NCBI GenBank assembly: GCA_041479245.1
Contig: JBGOXS010000001.1
Coordinates: 77,647-141,646, forward strand
Direction: 5' to 3'
Source of the DNA: Anaerolineae bacterium
GTDB lineage: Bacteria; Chloroflexota; Anaerolineae; Anaerolineales; UBA4823
DNA: 64,000 nucleotides
Shown: positions 18,632-28,874 of the stretch, in pieces
How the letters are laid out: each line of letters begins with the position of its first letter
Position numbering within the stretch: position 1 is the first letter of the stretch
Notes under the pieces: model-generated
Seen by the model: only the letters and a program-made list of their open reading frames with translations
What the model was told of the DNA's origin: nothing
Databases searched by the model: none
Made by a program: the position numbers and the translations under genes

Positions 18632-21541
18632 ATGTCAAATTCGGTTTTTGTCGGTCGCGAGGCTGAACTACACAAGCTAAAAACCTTTCTGGATAATGCA
18701 ACCCTCGGAAAGACTCAGATCGTATTTATTGCAGGAGAAGCCGGGGCGGGGAAATCATCCCTGGTCACCGAATTCATCCGTCGCGAGGAAGAAGCCGACC
18801 CAAAACTAATCACCTCGATGGGTGAGTGCAACGCGCAGACTGGTATAAGCGACCCATATCTCCCCTTCCGCCAGGTACTTACCGCTTTAACTACCGGGAA
18901 TGAACAAGAAAAGACCTCCAAAGAAATAGCCGAGCAAAAAAAGCTGGACCGCTGGAAGGATTTTGTGCAGGTATCAACGAGAACACTCATTATGCTCGGG
19001 CCTGACCTGGTCGGTATTTTTGTACCCGGAGCCCAGATCATTGGAAAAATTGGAATGGCGGTTGGGCTCAGTAGCAACCTGTCAACGAAACTGTCCGAGC
19101 GGATTGGAAAAAAAACGGATAAAGAAAGCCCAAAAGTCGACCCCGCCCTCGACCAGGAAAAGATCTTTGAACAATACGCCACGGTGCTGGAGGTCCTTTC
19201 TAAAGATCGCACCCTGATTCTAATCCTGGATGACCTGCAGTGGGCAGATAGTGGATCACTAAACCTGTTGTTTCACCTTGCGCGTCAGTTAAAAGACAGT
19301 CGCCTCCTGCTGGTGGGTACTTATCGACCCGACGATGTAGCGCTCGGTCGCGATAGCGGGAGACATCCCCTGGAGTCTATCCTCAACGAGCTCAAACGTT
19401 ATAACGGCGATATAGTATTGGACCTATCGCAAACTGAGGCCAGAGAGGGGCGCACTTTTGTGGATGCACTGGTGGACTCGGAGCCGAATCACCTCGATCG
19501 TGACTTTCGAGATGAGTTGTTCGCCCATACTGGCGGTCACCCGCTCTTCACTGTGGAGTTGATACGAAACTTGCAGGAACGAGGCAACCTTGTCAAAGAT
19601 GCGCAGGACAATTGGATTCTCGGTAGTAGTTTGAACTGGAAGAGTCTGCCTGCGCGCATTGATGGAGTGATTGGTGAGCGCATCGCCCGTCTGCCCGCCG
19701 AGCTACGCGAGACGTTGACCATTGGAAGTGTCATCGGGGAGGAATTTTCTGCGCAAGTAGTGGCTCGCGTTCAAAAGATAAGTGAACACGAATTGGTCAG
19801 GACCCTCTCGAGAGAGCTAGAGAAGTGCTATCTGCTTGTCGTCGAACAGGGTGAAATAAAGATTGGCAAACTATATTTATCCCAATACCGATTTTCCCAT
19901 TTTTTAATCCAACAATACTTATATGATGAGCTTGGTGCTGGCGAAAGGCGCATCCTTCATAGCGAAATTGCTGACACTCTTGAGACCTTGTATGGTGATC
20001 AGACTAATGATATCGCCTTGCAGCTAGCCCACCATTTTGAAGCCGGTGGGAATGCTGAGAAGGCAATCAGTTATCTGCTCATTACTGGTGATAGTGCCTT
20101 TCAGGCTTATGCGTACAACGAAGCGATTGGTGCTTATACACGCGCCCTCGAGCTTGGCGAGCAAGCTGCTATCGCTGCAGATCAGCTCAAGCATATATAT
20201 CTCCGCCGTGGACGGGCGCTCGAATTAAGCAACCAATATGAATTGGCAATCCAAAACTACAATGGAATGGTCGCTTACGCCAGCAAACACAACGATCAAT
20301 CCATGGAATTGGCCGCGAAAGTTGCTGCCAGCACATTACTCTCAATTCCTACTCCGGTGGCTGATGGGATCGAAGGTCGGAGATTGTCTGAAGAAACCTT
20401 GGATCTCGCCCGCGAGTTGGGGGACCGCGCTTCTGAAGCAAGAGTGCTTTGGAATTTGCAATTGGTGAACTTATTACAAAATAAAACCACTGAGGCAATC
20501 GAGTGTGGTGAAGCATCGCTTTCCATCGCCCGTGAATTGAACCTGCGCGAGCAGATGGCTTACGTGCTAAGCGACCTGAGTTGGGCTTACAACATCTCCT
20601 GTCAGTATGAGGAAGCAGACAGAAGGATGGAAGAAGGAACCCGCTTATGGCGAGAATTGGGCAATATGCCCATGTTGTCCAATAATCTAAACCTTTCATT
20701 GTTCCAACTTTTTTGGACCGGGAAAAACGAAAACGTTCTAAGCGTTGCGGAGGAAAGCTACCAGATAAGTTCCTCGATCAAGGAAGTCTGGAATCGAGCC
20801 TCAGCCCGAAATTTTCAGGGCGTGATCTGGCTGGATTATGGGGAGATTGACAGGGCATTGGCAGCGTTAGAGGAGAGTGTCCAGCTCGCCGCCCATGGCA
20901 ATCTCGTTTATGAAATCTGGTACCGCGCCATCCTTTGCCAGGCATATGCTGAGCTTGGAGATACGGGTACGGGTATGGATTTATATCGGACGCATCGCGT
21001 TTCCAATGCCGATGTGCCCCATACACCAGCGCGAACCGGGACCCTGATATCCTATGCATTGTTTGAGCTGGCGAGCAACCAGCTGGATGCGGCCGCAACC
21101 ACCCTTACTGAATGTTTACCCGATGCACCTCCCTGGGAATGTTTTCTTCTCCTAGCTAAATGCAGGCTGGCTTTGGCTCAATCTGACATTCCCGCAGGGA
21201 TTGCTCTGGCAGATTCAGCCTTGGAGCTTTCCCAGGAATGTAAGCTGGGGCGTTATCTGCCGGAAGCACTTTTATTGAAGGGGAAGCTCCTTTTCCTGCA
21301 AAGTGACTTTCAAGGGGCAAAGATTACTCTCGAGCAGGCTCGCACCGCAGTGAAAAGCCTCGGGTCGCGCCGTTTGCTGTGGCAAATTATCGCCAGCCTC
21401 GCTGAGCTCGAATCCGAGAAAGAGCTGTCGCTTGGGTTAAAAGCAGAAGCCCGCGAAATCGTGGATTACATTGCCAATCACATCACACCCGTAAACCTTA
21501 GGGAGTCGTTCCTGCACTCCGTTGAGAAGGCTGGGTTGTAA
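18632..21541 (+). CDS. AAA_16-type STAND NTPase with C-terminal TPR array (no recognisable effector or DNA-binding domain)
   Basis: FVGREAEL...IVFIAGEAGAGKSSLV (Walker A), LILILDDLQWAD (Walker B), then about 500 aa of TPR-like helical repeats. Confidence 0.8.
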   Translation: MSNSVFVGREAELHKLKTFLDNATLGKTQIVFIAGEAGAGKSSLVTEFIRREEEADPKLITSMGECNAQTGISDPYLPFRQVLTALTTGNEQEKTSKEIAEQKKLDRWKDFVQVSTRTLIMLGPDLVGIFVPGAQIIGKIGMAVGLSSNLSTKLSERIGKKTDKESPKVDPALDQEKIFEQYATVLEVLSKDRTLILILDDLQWADSGSLNLLFHLARQLKDSRLLLVGTYRPDDVALGRDSGRHPLESILNELKRYNGDIVLDLSQTEAREGRTFVDALVDSEPNHLDRDFRDELFAHTGGHPLFTVELIRNLQERGNLVKDAQDNWILGSSLNWKSLPARIDGVIGERIARLPAELRETLTIGSVIGEEFSAQVVARVQKISEHELVRTLSRELEKCYLLVVEQGEIKIGKLYLSQYRFSHFLIQQYLYDELGAGERRILHSEIADTLETLYGDQTNDIALQLAHHFEAGGNAEKAISYLLITGDSAFQAYAYNEAIGAYTRALELGEQAAIAADQLKHIYLRRGRALELSNQYELAIQNYNGMVAYASKHNDQSMELAAKVAASTLLSIPTPVADGIEGRRLSEETLDLARELGDRASEARVLWNLQLVNLLQNKTTEAIECGEASLSIARELNLREQMAYVLSDLSWAYNISCQYEEADRRMEEGTRLWRELGNMPMLSNNLNLSLFQLFWTGKNENVLSVAEESYQISSSIKEVWNRASARNFQGVIWLDYGEIDRALAALEESVQLAAHGNLVYEIWYRAILCQAYAELGDTGTGMDLYRTHRVSNADVPHTPARTGTLISYALFELASNQLDAAATTLTECLPDAPPWECFLLLAKCRLALAQSDIPAGIALADSALELSQECKLGRYLPEALLLKGKLLFLQSDFQGAKITLEQARTAVKSLGSRRLLWQIIASLAELESEKELSLGLKAEAREIVDYIANHITPVNLRESFLHSVEKAGL

Positions 21542-21859
21542 ATTTCAGATAAATAACCAGGTGATAAAAGACAGAATGTTGCAGAATTCCCAAGAAGATT
21601 CTTGCCACTGACCGGATTTAACAATTCGATAAATACGAATTTTTGAATGCCCGACAAGAATTAGAATTGACATTACGAATCAGGCTCAAGCGCAGAGTGA
21701 TGCGTCACCGGGGATCTTAACAATCAAAGATGTTTCCAAATTGGTTGGTATTCAGAACAAATTAGGAGAATCAAGCACGCTGCTAGTTAACTGCCGAAAT
21801 ATGTTGGCTGCACAAAATTGTGATTATGATTATACTTGTGGGACGAATAGGAGGTAGCA

Positions 21860-22333
21860 ATGAGTGATTTCTTTGGAAAACTTAAAAGCGGTGCTGGAAA
21901 GGTGGCGTTTGAAGCCGATAAAATGAGTCGGGTGAGCAGGGCGAATGGCGAGTTGGAAAAGATAAAAAGCCTGATCCAGGCACAATATAATAAACTCGGC
22001 CAATTGTATTACACCCAGCGGGGAACCGTGGGCGTAACAGGCTCAGCATACGATGAAATTTGCCAGGAAATTGAGAACCTGGAGCACCAGGTCGAATCCA
22101 AGAACCAAGAAATCCAGCGCATCAATGCAGATGTTTATACACCACAGGTGGCTCAACCCGCAGCCCAGCCGGTTTCAGCGCCAGCGCAGTCTACATCCGC
22201 ACCCATCCCGACACCATCCACATCCCAATCTGGGTCAGTGGTCGCTGCAGCTACGACCAAATTCTGCTCGAACTGCGGAACAGAAATGCCGGTGGCGACC
22301 AAGTTCTGCCCGAACTGCGGTACCAAGGTGTAG
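21860..22333 (+). CDS. Zinc-ribbon protein with N-terminal coiled coil and Pro/Ala/Ser-rich linker
   Basis: C-terminal KFCSNCGTEMPVATKFCPNCGTKV. RBS aggaggtagcaATG. Confidence 0.7.
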   Translation: MSDFFGKLKSGAGKVAFEADKMSRVSRANGELEKIKSLIQAQYNKLGQLYYTQRGTVGVTGSAYDEICQEIENLEHQVESKNQEIQRINADVYTPQVAQPAAQPVSAPAQSTSAPIPTPSTSQSGSVVAAATTKFCSNCGTEMPVATKFCPNCGTKV

Positions 22334-22426
22334 ATAAGAATAGACTAGCAATATTGTTGTCTGTCATGCCTGAAGATAATCTTGATCAATTAATTTCGTG
22401 TATCCTAAAAATCACAATAATAATAA

Positions 22427-22524
22427 GGGTTCATCAAATAACTGATATCCCGTTCCACCCGCTCGCACGGAGTTCGCTTTTTGTGGTGAGGGTCGGAACA
22501 TTAGCGGTTTGATGAACCTTTTTT
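22427..22524 (+). terminator. Unusually long (~90 nt) nested hairpin ending in a U6 tract; a terminator or small structured RNA
   Basis: Outer stem gggttcatcaaa (22427-22438) pairs with tttgatgaacc (22508-18), 11 bp. An inner imperfect stem is gttccaccc.../...gggtcggaac. It is followed by tttttt (22519-24). Confidence 0.45.
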
Positions 22525-22714
22525 AATTGGAAGTAGCTGAGGAGGGGAGGTAACCATTACAACAAACACTGAATAAGATAATATAACTAATCAGCATATT
22601 GATGGTATCAGGTCAGGTACGGGTAAGACGTTTACAGCTCAAGTATATAGTGATGAACTGGAGTGACATTGTAAGAATAAGTAGAATGAATGAAGGGGTA
22701 ATATCGACAATTCG

Positions 22715-23392
22715 ATGTTTACCGATGAAAAGGATAATGGAAAGATGAGTACGTTTGAACAATTATCCAGGAACAAAGGAACCGTCTCCAGTTCACTTGG
22801 AAAAACACTTGCCCATGAAGTGTTAGATGGGAAAGATGCCAACATTCTGTTCGAGTGTATTGACCTGGCCTCCTTTGACGTGACCAACCCTAATGCCAAG
22901 CAAATTCGTGCTGGCGCGGCGAAAGTCATCGAAATCGTCGCCGAAAAACAACCCGAACAAGTGGCTCCTCATTTGGAGAAGTTGCTTCCAGCCCTTTCCG
23001 TGTCAGAACCACAAACGCGCTGGATGATCATCCGTGTCATGGGGTTTTGCGCCGGATTAAACAAACCGGTGGCACAAAAAGCAATCACTTATGCCGAAAA
23101 ATATATCAATGCCAAAGAAGGGCTGGTTATAGCGAGCTCAGCTGATTTGTTTTTAGGCGATTTTGGTGCTATCTCAAAGGAGGATACTCAAAGGGTTTTC
23201 CCAATATTGAAGCGATCGATGGAAACAGCTATAGCCAACGAACAGGACTGGCTATTGGAATCGCTTTTCAAGGTGTTTCCCAATTTAGATAGCGATGATC
23301 AAGAAAAAGTGTTGAAATTTGCTGAGCACTGGCAGGCTTCATCTCGAAAAAACACTCAGCAAAGGGCAAGGAAGATATTGCGGTTGAAATAA
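22715..23392 (+). CDS. Hypothetical helical-repeat (HEAT/ARM-like) protein
   Basis: 225-aa ORF. The more plausible start is MSTFEQ at 22745. I recognised no catalytic motif. Confidence 0.4.
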   Translation: MFTDEKDNGKMSTFEQLSRNKGTVSSSLGKTLAHEVLDGKDANILFECIDLASFDVTNPNAKQIRAGAAKVIEIVAEKQPEQVAPHLEKLLPALSVSEPQTRWMIIRVMGFCAGLNKPVAQKAITYAEKYINAKEGLVIASSADLFLGDFGAISKEDTQRVFPILKRSMETAIANEQDWLLESLFKVFPNLDSDDQEKVLKFAEHWQASSRKNTQQRARKILRLK

Positions 23393-23468
23393 TGGACAGA
23401 AAGCGCCAAACTTCTGCCTACCGCGTAGGCTAGAATGATTATTCCATTCACGCAAGGAGGAAAATCCA

Positions 23469-23876
23469 GTGATTATTTACATTATCATCAGCATTATCAG
23501 CGGTATCTTATTTGCAATTATAGACGCGGTGATTAACGCCAATCCCTTAGGGCAGAGGCTATACAAGGTCTACGCTCCAATCGCAAAAACATCGCTCAAT
23601 CCACTGGTCGGCACCCTGATCGACCTTGGTTTTGGATTCGTCATGGCGGGAATATTTCTACTCCTTTACGCCAGCCTGCCGGGCGAGATTGGGCTAATCA
23701 AAGGCTTGAGCTTCGCCACCATGGCGTGGTTTTTCCGCGTGGTGATGTACGCGGCATCTCAATGGATGATGTTCATTGTCCCAGTTCGAACTCTGCTCTA
23801 TACCCTCACCGCTGGCCTTGGAGAGATGCTCGTTCTGGGAGTGCTTTATGGGTTGACATTGCACCCGTCGATCTAA
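23469..23876 (+). CDS. Small integral membrane protein (4 TM)
   Basis: 135 aa, GTG start preceded by aaggaggaaaatcca. Hydrophobic throughout. Confidence 0.6.
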   Translation: MIIYIIISIISGILFAIIDAVINANPLGQRLYKVYAPIAKTSLNPLVGTLIDLGFGFVMAGIFLLLYASLPGEIGLIKGLSFATMAWFFRVVMYAASQWMMFIVPVRTLLYTLTAGLGEMLVLGVLYGLTLHPSI

Positions 23877-24076
23877 GCTTCAGATTACGTATTCAATTTT
23901 TCCTCTATAGATAATAAGATTAACCTTTTCTCTCTCCAATTGATCATTTTGACTTTGCGGCGAAAGCATTTTCAATCTCCATACGCGCGCTATCCTTCGC
24001 GGCTATTATGATAAAGAAACACTAATATTACTAGTTTTATCTTTATTGTTATAATTGCTTCAGCGGAGGAAGACGA

Positions 24077-25672
24077 ATGAGAAGCTCACAGATTCAACTT
24101 AGAGACCTGTGGCGCAAGCTTGTGCTTATCGGATTATTTATAGCACTCCTTGCGATTGGCTTTGTACCGATCACACAGTCCTTTGCTTCCCTCCTTGCAA
24201 CCAAATCTTATTTCCTGCCGATTATCGACAGGTTCAATTCGTATGATTGGCTTCAATTTGATGGTGATGCTTCTCATAGCGGCAGCAATACTTATGAAAC
24301 AAGAATATCCATAAATAGTGTCAATCAGCTGCAGTTGTTATTCCAGGTGACTCTCCCGGGTGTCGCTGATAGTTCACCATTGTATCTCTCCAATGTAACC
24401 ACAGCCGCAGGCGTCCGCGATCTTATTTTCGTGACCACTCGCGATGGATATATCACCGCGCTGGATGCTCAAACTGGAGCACTTGTATGGTCTAAACAAT
24501 CCGGACCTGACGGATGTTTGATCAATAATAATCACGCCCGTAATGAAGCCTGTTACACTACTTCTTCTCCAGCGATCGATCCAAACCGGAAATATGTCTA
24601 TAGCTACGGCCTGGATGGCTATGTGCATAAATATATGGTCGGGGATGGGACAGAAATGATAACCGGAGGTTGGCCTGAATTAACCACCTTGAAGGGTTAC
24701 GACGAAAAAGGATCCTCTGCGTTAAGCATTGCCACATCCGCAAATGGGACCAGTTTTTTATATGTCGCTCATGCAGGCTATCCTGGAGACTTGGGTAACT
24801 ATCAGGGGCACATTACGGCGATAAATTTAACCGACGGTTCTCAAAAGGTGTTCAACACCCTGTGCAGTAACCAGGTGGTGCACTTTGTAGATTCCCGCAT
24901 CAGTCAGGGTCCTGATTGTAATCCTGTTACTACATCTGCGATTTGGGCACGTCCCGGTGTGACCTATGATCCATATCTTAACCGGATTCTTATGACAACC
25001 GGCAATGGCAACTTTCAGCCCACCAATTTTATGTGGGGAGATACGGTATTGAGCCTTAATCTTGATGGAAGTGGATCAGGCGGTAATCCTCTGGACAGCT
25101 ATACTCCAGCCAACTACCAATCCTTACAAGATACTGATGCTGATCTCGGCAGTACTGCTCCTGCGATCCTACCTCTCGCCAATGGAAAATATCCCCATCT
25201 TGGGGTTCAGGGTGGCAAAGATGGGGTGCTCAGGCTGATTAACCTCGACCAGCTAAGCGGGCAAGCTGGTGTTGGTCATATTGGAGGCGAAGTATTTTCA
25301 ATGACTGTGCCAATGGGGGGGCCAATCCTAACCCAGCCTGCTGTATGGATAAACCCTACGGATCAAAGCGCCTGGGTATTTGTCTCAGACTTCGCTGGCT
25401 CAACTGGCCTGCAATTGAGCATTAGCCCGACTGGCGATCCAAGTTTAGTGGAAAAATGGACCAGTGGTTGGGGCAGCTCACCTCTTGTCGCTAATGGGGT
25501 GGTGTTCATCGCCCGCAGCGGGATGATCACTGCTCTCAATGCGATAGATGGTAGTCAATTATGGTCTGACAACCGCATTGGCGCAATCCATTGGGAAAGC
25601 CCAATCGTAGCCAACGGCAAGCTATTCATCTCCGACCAGAATGGAAAGATAACTGCATATATGCTGCCTTAA
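24077..25672 (+). CDS. Secreted/anchored PQQ-like (BamB-type) beta-propeller repeat protein
   Basis: N-terminal TM/signal segment. Recurrent G.v.ALDa.tG...W repeats include GYITALDAQTGALVWS, MITALNAIDGSQLWS and GKITAY. Confidence 0.7.
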   Translation: MRSSQIQLRDLWRKLVLIGLFIALLAIGFVPITQSFASLLATKSYFLPIIDRFNSYDWLQFDGDASHSGSNTYETRISINSVNQLQLLFQVTLPGVADSSPLYLSNVTTAAGVRDLIFVTTRDGYITALDAQTGALVWSKQSGPDGCLINNNHARNEACYTTSSPAIDPNRKYVYSYGLDGYVHKYMVGDGTEMITGGWPELTTLKGYDEKGSSALSIATSANGTSFLYVAHAGYPGDLGNYQGHITAINLTDGSQKVFNTLCSNQVVHFVDSRISQGPDCNPVTTSAIWARPGVTYDPYLNRILMTTGNGNFQPTNFMWGDTVLSLNLDGSGSGGNPLDSYTPANYQSLQDTDADLGSTAPAILPLANGKYPHLGVQGGKDGVLRLINLDQLSGQAGVGHIGGEVFSMTVPMGGPILTQPAVWINPTDQSAWVFVSDFAGSTGLQLSISPTGDPSLVEKWTSGWGSSPLVANGVVFIARSGMITALNAIDGSQLWSDNRIGAIHWESPIVANGKLFISDQNGKITAYMLP

Positions 25673-25788
25673 GCTTCGATTGGATTCATCGAGCATATCT
25701 CCAACTTTTACCATTTACACAATTCTGAAACTTTCTAGATGATCTAATTCTTGTTGACTTTTCAGCCGATACGTCCTAAACTTATCCC

Positions 25789-27366
25789 ATGCTCGCACGT
25801 GTCTTCTCCTGCGCGGTTATCGGTTTGGAAGGTGTGGTGGTTGAAGTGGAAGTGGACATCGGCCTGGGTCTGCCCGGCATGACCATCGTTGGTCTGCCTG
25901 ACACAGCTGTCCAGGAAAGCCGTGAGCGCGTACAAGCTGCCGTCAAGAACGCCGGCATCGAGTTCCCCCGTAAAAGGATCATTGTCAATTTAGCCCCTGC
26001 CTCCGTGCGCAAGGAAGGACCGGCATATGACCTGCCCATCGCCCTGGGAGTCTTGGTAATGATGGGACGCCTACCGCAAGCTGCCTGCGACGAGGCACTT
26101 GTGGTGGGAGAGCTTTCGCTGGATGGTAGTGTGCGCCATTCCCGGGGTGTGCTCCCTATGACTGTTGTCGCCCGCCAGCAGGGCTTCAAGCGTATTTTCG
26201 TCCCTCAATCGGATGCCGCCGAGGCCGCCCTGATACCTGACCTGGAGGTCATCCCGGTCACCACCCTTTCGGAGCTTTACGGGCATCTATCTGGCAACCA
26301 CCGCATCCCTCCTCAGGAGCCAATCAAGCCTGATGAACTACCCGTTCACACCCAGACCGACTTCCAGGAGATCAAGGGGCAGGAGCATGTCAAGCGTGCC
26401 TTTGAAGTGGCGGCTGCCGGTGGCCACAATCTTTTAATGGTCGGACCTCCGGGTGCGGGCAAAACCTTGCTGGCACGCGCCATGCCAGGCATCCTGCCCC
26501 GCCTCACTATTGAGGAGGCCTTGGATGTCACCCGCATTTACTCGGTTGCAGACCAGCTGCCTTCTGATGTGCCTCTCATCCGCAACCGCCCGTTCCGTTC
26601 CCCGCACCACACCATCAGCCATGCCGGTCTGGTGGGTGGCGGCAACTGGCCTCACCCGGGCGAGATCTCACTTGCTCACCGCGGCGTGCTCTTCCTGGAT
26701 GAGCTGCCCGAGTTCGGTCCGCGCGTGCTCGAAGTGATGCGACAGCCGATCGAAGATAAAATCGTCACCATCAGCCGTGCGCAGGGATCGCTCACCTTCC
26801 CCGCCAACTTTCAGTTGGTGGGTGCCATGAATCCGTGTCCATGCGGCTATTTTGGTGACCTGGTCAAAGCGTGCACCTGTTCGCCCGGCATCGTCACCAA
26901 GTACCAGAAGCGCATCTCCGGTCCCTTGCTCGACCGGATTGATATCCATATCGAAGTGCCCAGGGTGGAGTATGACAAGCTGAGCGACCAGCGCCTGGGT
27001 GAGCCCTCAGCGGCCATCCAGAAAAGGGTTGAAGCCGCACGCCAGCGGCAGCGGGAACGTTTCAGTGCTGCGAATCAGCCAGATGATGGAAACCAAGCTG
27101 AACCTGCTCCCTTTGATATAAATGGCTCGGTGGTCCGGTGCAATGCCGATATGCGACCGGCAGAGGTGCGCCAGTTCTGTGATCTGGATGACACCAGCCG
27201 CACGCTGATCCGCTCTGCCATGAGCCAGCTGCAACTTTCAGCGAGAGCGTATCACCGCATCCTCAAGCTGGCGCGTACCATCGCCGACCTGGCTGGGAGT
27301 GAAGCTATTCAGCCCGCTCACCTTGCGGAGGCATTGCAATACCGCCCGAGGATGTTAGAGGTTTGA
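25789..27366 (+). CDS. comM: Mg-chelatase-like ATPase ComM/YifB
   Basis: The N-terminus MLARVFSCAVIGLEGVVVEVEVD is typical of YifB. Walker A is MVGPPGAGKT, and GVLFLDELPEF and the C-terminal SARAYHRILKLARTIADL are present. Confidence 0.92.
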   Translation: MLARVFSCAVIGLEGVVVEVEVDIGLGLPGMTIVGLPDTAVQESRERVQAAVKNAGIEFPRKRIIVNLAPASVRKEGPAYDLPIALGVLVMMGRLPQAACDEALVVGELSLDGSVRHSRGVLPMTVVARQQGFKRIFVPQSDAAEAALIPDLEVIPVTTLSELYGHLSGNHRIPPQEPIKPDELPVHTQTDFQEIKGQEHVKRAFEVAAAGGHNLLMVGPPGAGKTLLARAMPGILPRLTIEEALDVTRIYSVADQLPSDVPLIRNRPFRSPHHTISHAGLVGGGNWPHPGEISLAHRGVLFLDELPEFGPRVLEVMRQPIEDKIVTISRAQGSLTFPANFQLVGAMNPCPCGYFGDLVKACTCSPGIVTKYQKRISGPLLDRIDIHIEVPRVEYDKLSDQRLGEPSAAIQKRVEAARQRQRERFSAANQPDDGNQAEPAPFDINGSVVRCNADMRPAEVRQFCDLDDTSRTLIRSAMSQLQLSARAYHRILKLARTIADLAGSEAIQPAHLAEALQYRPRMLEV

Positions 27367-27684
27367 AGCAACAGCAGCGTAAATCATTGTCAGTGGTGAA
27401 TCGATTTACTAAGACATTAGGCTGAAACTAGTAAATACACCTTTCTTGGCGTGTCAGAGAATATAATACTATCGTTTGTGGCGCTTACCGATACCGCAAC
27501 CTTGATTTGAGGATTGGTATGATGATAGATTTGTGATACTGATCCTTGAATTACTATTTTCTACTTCTATAACTTAGACAGGATCTCAGCAGGGTCTGAG
27601 AAGTGTATAGAAGTTTAGGAATAGATACTCTTGCACGACAGTTAGGAATATTCAAAATACAACTAAGCACAAAGGAGTTTATTA

Positions 27685-28272
27685 ATGGAAAGGAAACAGA
27701 CAGCAAAAAAAGTGATTGAAGCAGTAGAGCTGGAAGGTGAGAGAGATCAGCTCACGAAAAATATAATAGCAACTCTACATCGAGTCAGAGAACAACTGGC
27801 AGAGCTTGAGGATATACGAGAGAATCTATTGCTAGTGTATAAGGTGCGATCTGTAGATATCTTTGGTGACTTTACAAGTTCAATAGAGTTTTTGTTCACA
27901 CAAACAGCACAAATGGGTGAAGCCAGATCTGCCTTTGGACTATCACCAAGGAAGACTAGGCAGGAGATGCTGGTCAGCTCTGCTGAGAGAGCTCTTTATG
28001 TCCAAAGAGAAATACTTCAATCTCTCAAAGATCGAGAAGGTAAGACCTACTCGAAAGACGAAATCATCAATCAACCAGATTATGATACTGTCCAGATAGC
28101 TGAAGAGAGAGTAAAGAAAGCAGAGATCCACCTTGTAATCGCTAAAACTGAGCTGGATCAGTACTATTCAGACCTGGAAGCAGATCTAGTAGCCAAGAGA
28201 GCAAAGCTGAGAGATGAGAGGGTTAGCCGGGCTGCTAGCATCAAGTCAATGCAGGAGAAAGCTCATGAATGA
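27685..28272 (+). CDS. Hypothetical coiled-coil protein (orphan, AT-rich context)
   Basis: A 195-aa ORF in a low-GC patch, where stop codons are frequent so the ORF is unlikely to arise by chance. RBS aaaggagtttattaATG. No motif recognised. Confidence 0.5.
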   Translation: MERKQTAKKVIEAVELEGERDQLTKNIIATLHRVREQLAELEDIRENLLLVYKVRSVDIFGDFTSSIEFLFTQTAQMGEARSAFGLSPRKTRQEMLVSSAERALYVQREILQSLKDREGKTYSKDEIINQPDYDTVQIAEERVKKAEIHLVIAKTELDQYYSDLEADLVAKRAKLRDERVSRAASIKSMQEKAHE

Positions 28273-28468
28273 GCGTACCAAGGCAGTTGGAGAGCTCCAA
28301 GTAGGTTCCTGGCGCTCATGAAGATTACTAGTTAAGTGGTGAGAACTAGTGGTATCTCTATAAACCAGGGATTACAGACATCTAGGTGAGGGGATAAGAT
28401 GGCTGCATTGAATAAAATAAGCAATTCTTCGTTGTAAAATAACCAGGCTCACGAAAGGATTCAATACC

Positions 28469-28805
28469 TTGATTTATACAGAAATGACGCTAAAAGCAAT
28501 GAGGATTGCCTAGGAGGCACACAAAGATCAAGTGGATAAAGGCTGTATTCTATATATATACCACCCGATTCTTATTGCCGAACAAATGGATACCGCAGGA
28601 GCAATCATCATTAGCATTGCTCCATGATGTTGTTGAAGACACCGGTTGGACATTAGAGGATTTAGCGCAACAGGGATTTTCAAATGATATTATCAAAGCG
28701 TTGAAGTTGCTTACTCATGATCACGAAACAGCTTATTTATATTACATTTGGAATATTGCTCTTTCAAACAATATCGCGGCTGGATTCCCTCCCTTTGACA
28801 TATAA
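28469..28805 (+). pseudogene. Degraded HD-domain (RelA/SpoT-hydrolase-like, LHDVVEDT type) gene
   Basis: N-terminus L-IYTEMTLKAMRIA, then an in-frame TAG at 28511-13 where AxEAH is expected, then EAHKDQVDKG. YHPILIAEQMD is readable only after a frameshift in the (TA)n run at 28551-60. A second shift is needed to reach LLHDVVEDTGWTLEDL. The 3' part of the domain is missing. Confidence 0.7.
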
Positions 28806-28874
28806 GGCTCGGTGCTCCGGTGCAATGCCGATATGCGCCCGGCAGAGGTGTGCTCCCCATGACCATCATCGCCT
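28806..28874 (+). other. Two juxtaposed comM-derived fragments
   Basis: 28806-28853 matches comM 27124-27171 at 45/48 nt. 28848-28874 matches comM 26146-26172 at 22/27 nt (GVLPMTVVA versus GVLPMTIIA). The two alignments share the junction GGTGTG. Confidence 0.7.

Noticed and set aside
27124-28874. A simple attL/attR model in which an island integrated into the 3' end of comM, with the 48-nt repeat (27124-71 / 28806-53) as the duplicated core.
   Set aside because: The sequence following the second copy is not the displaced comM 3' end. Instead it is a fragment resembling an earlier part of comM (26146-72). No integrase is present. The order of the fragments does not fit site-specific integration, so I report it only as a rearranged decay zone.
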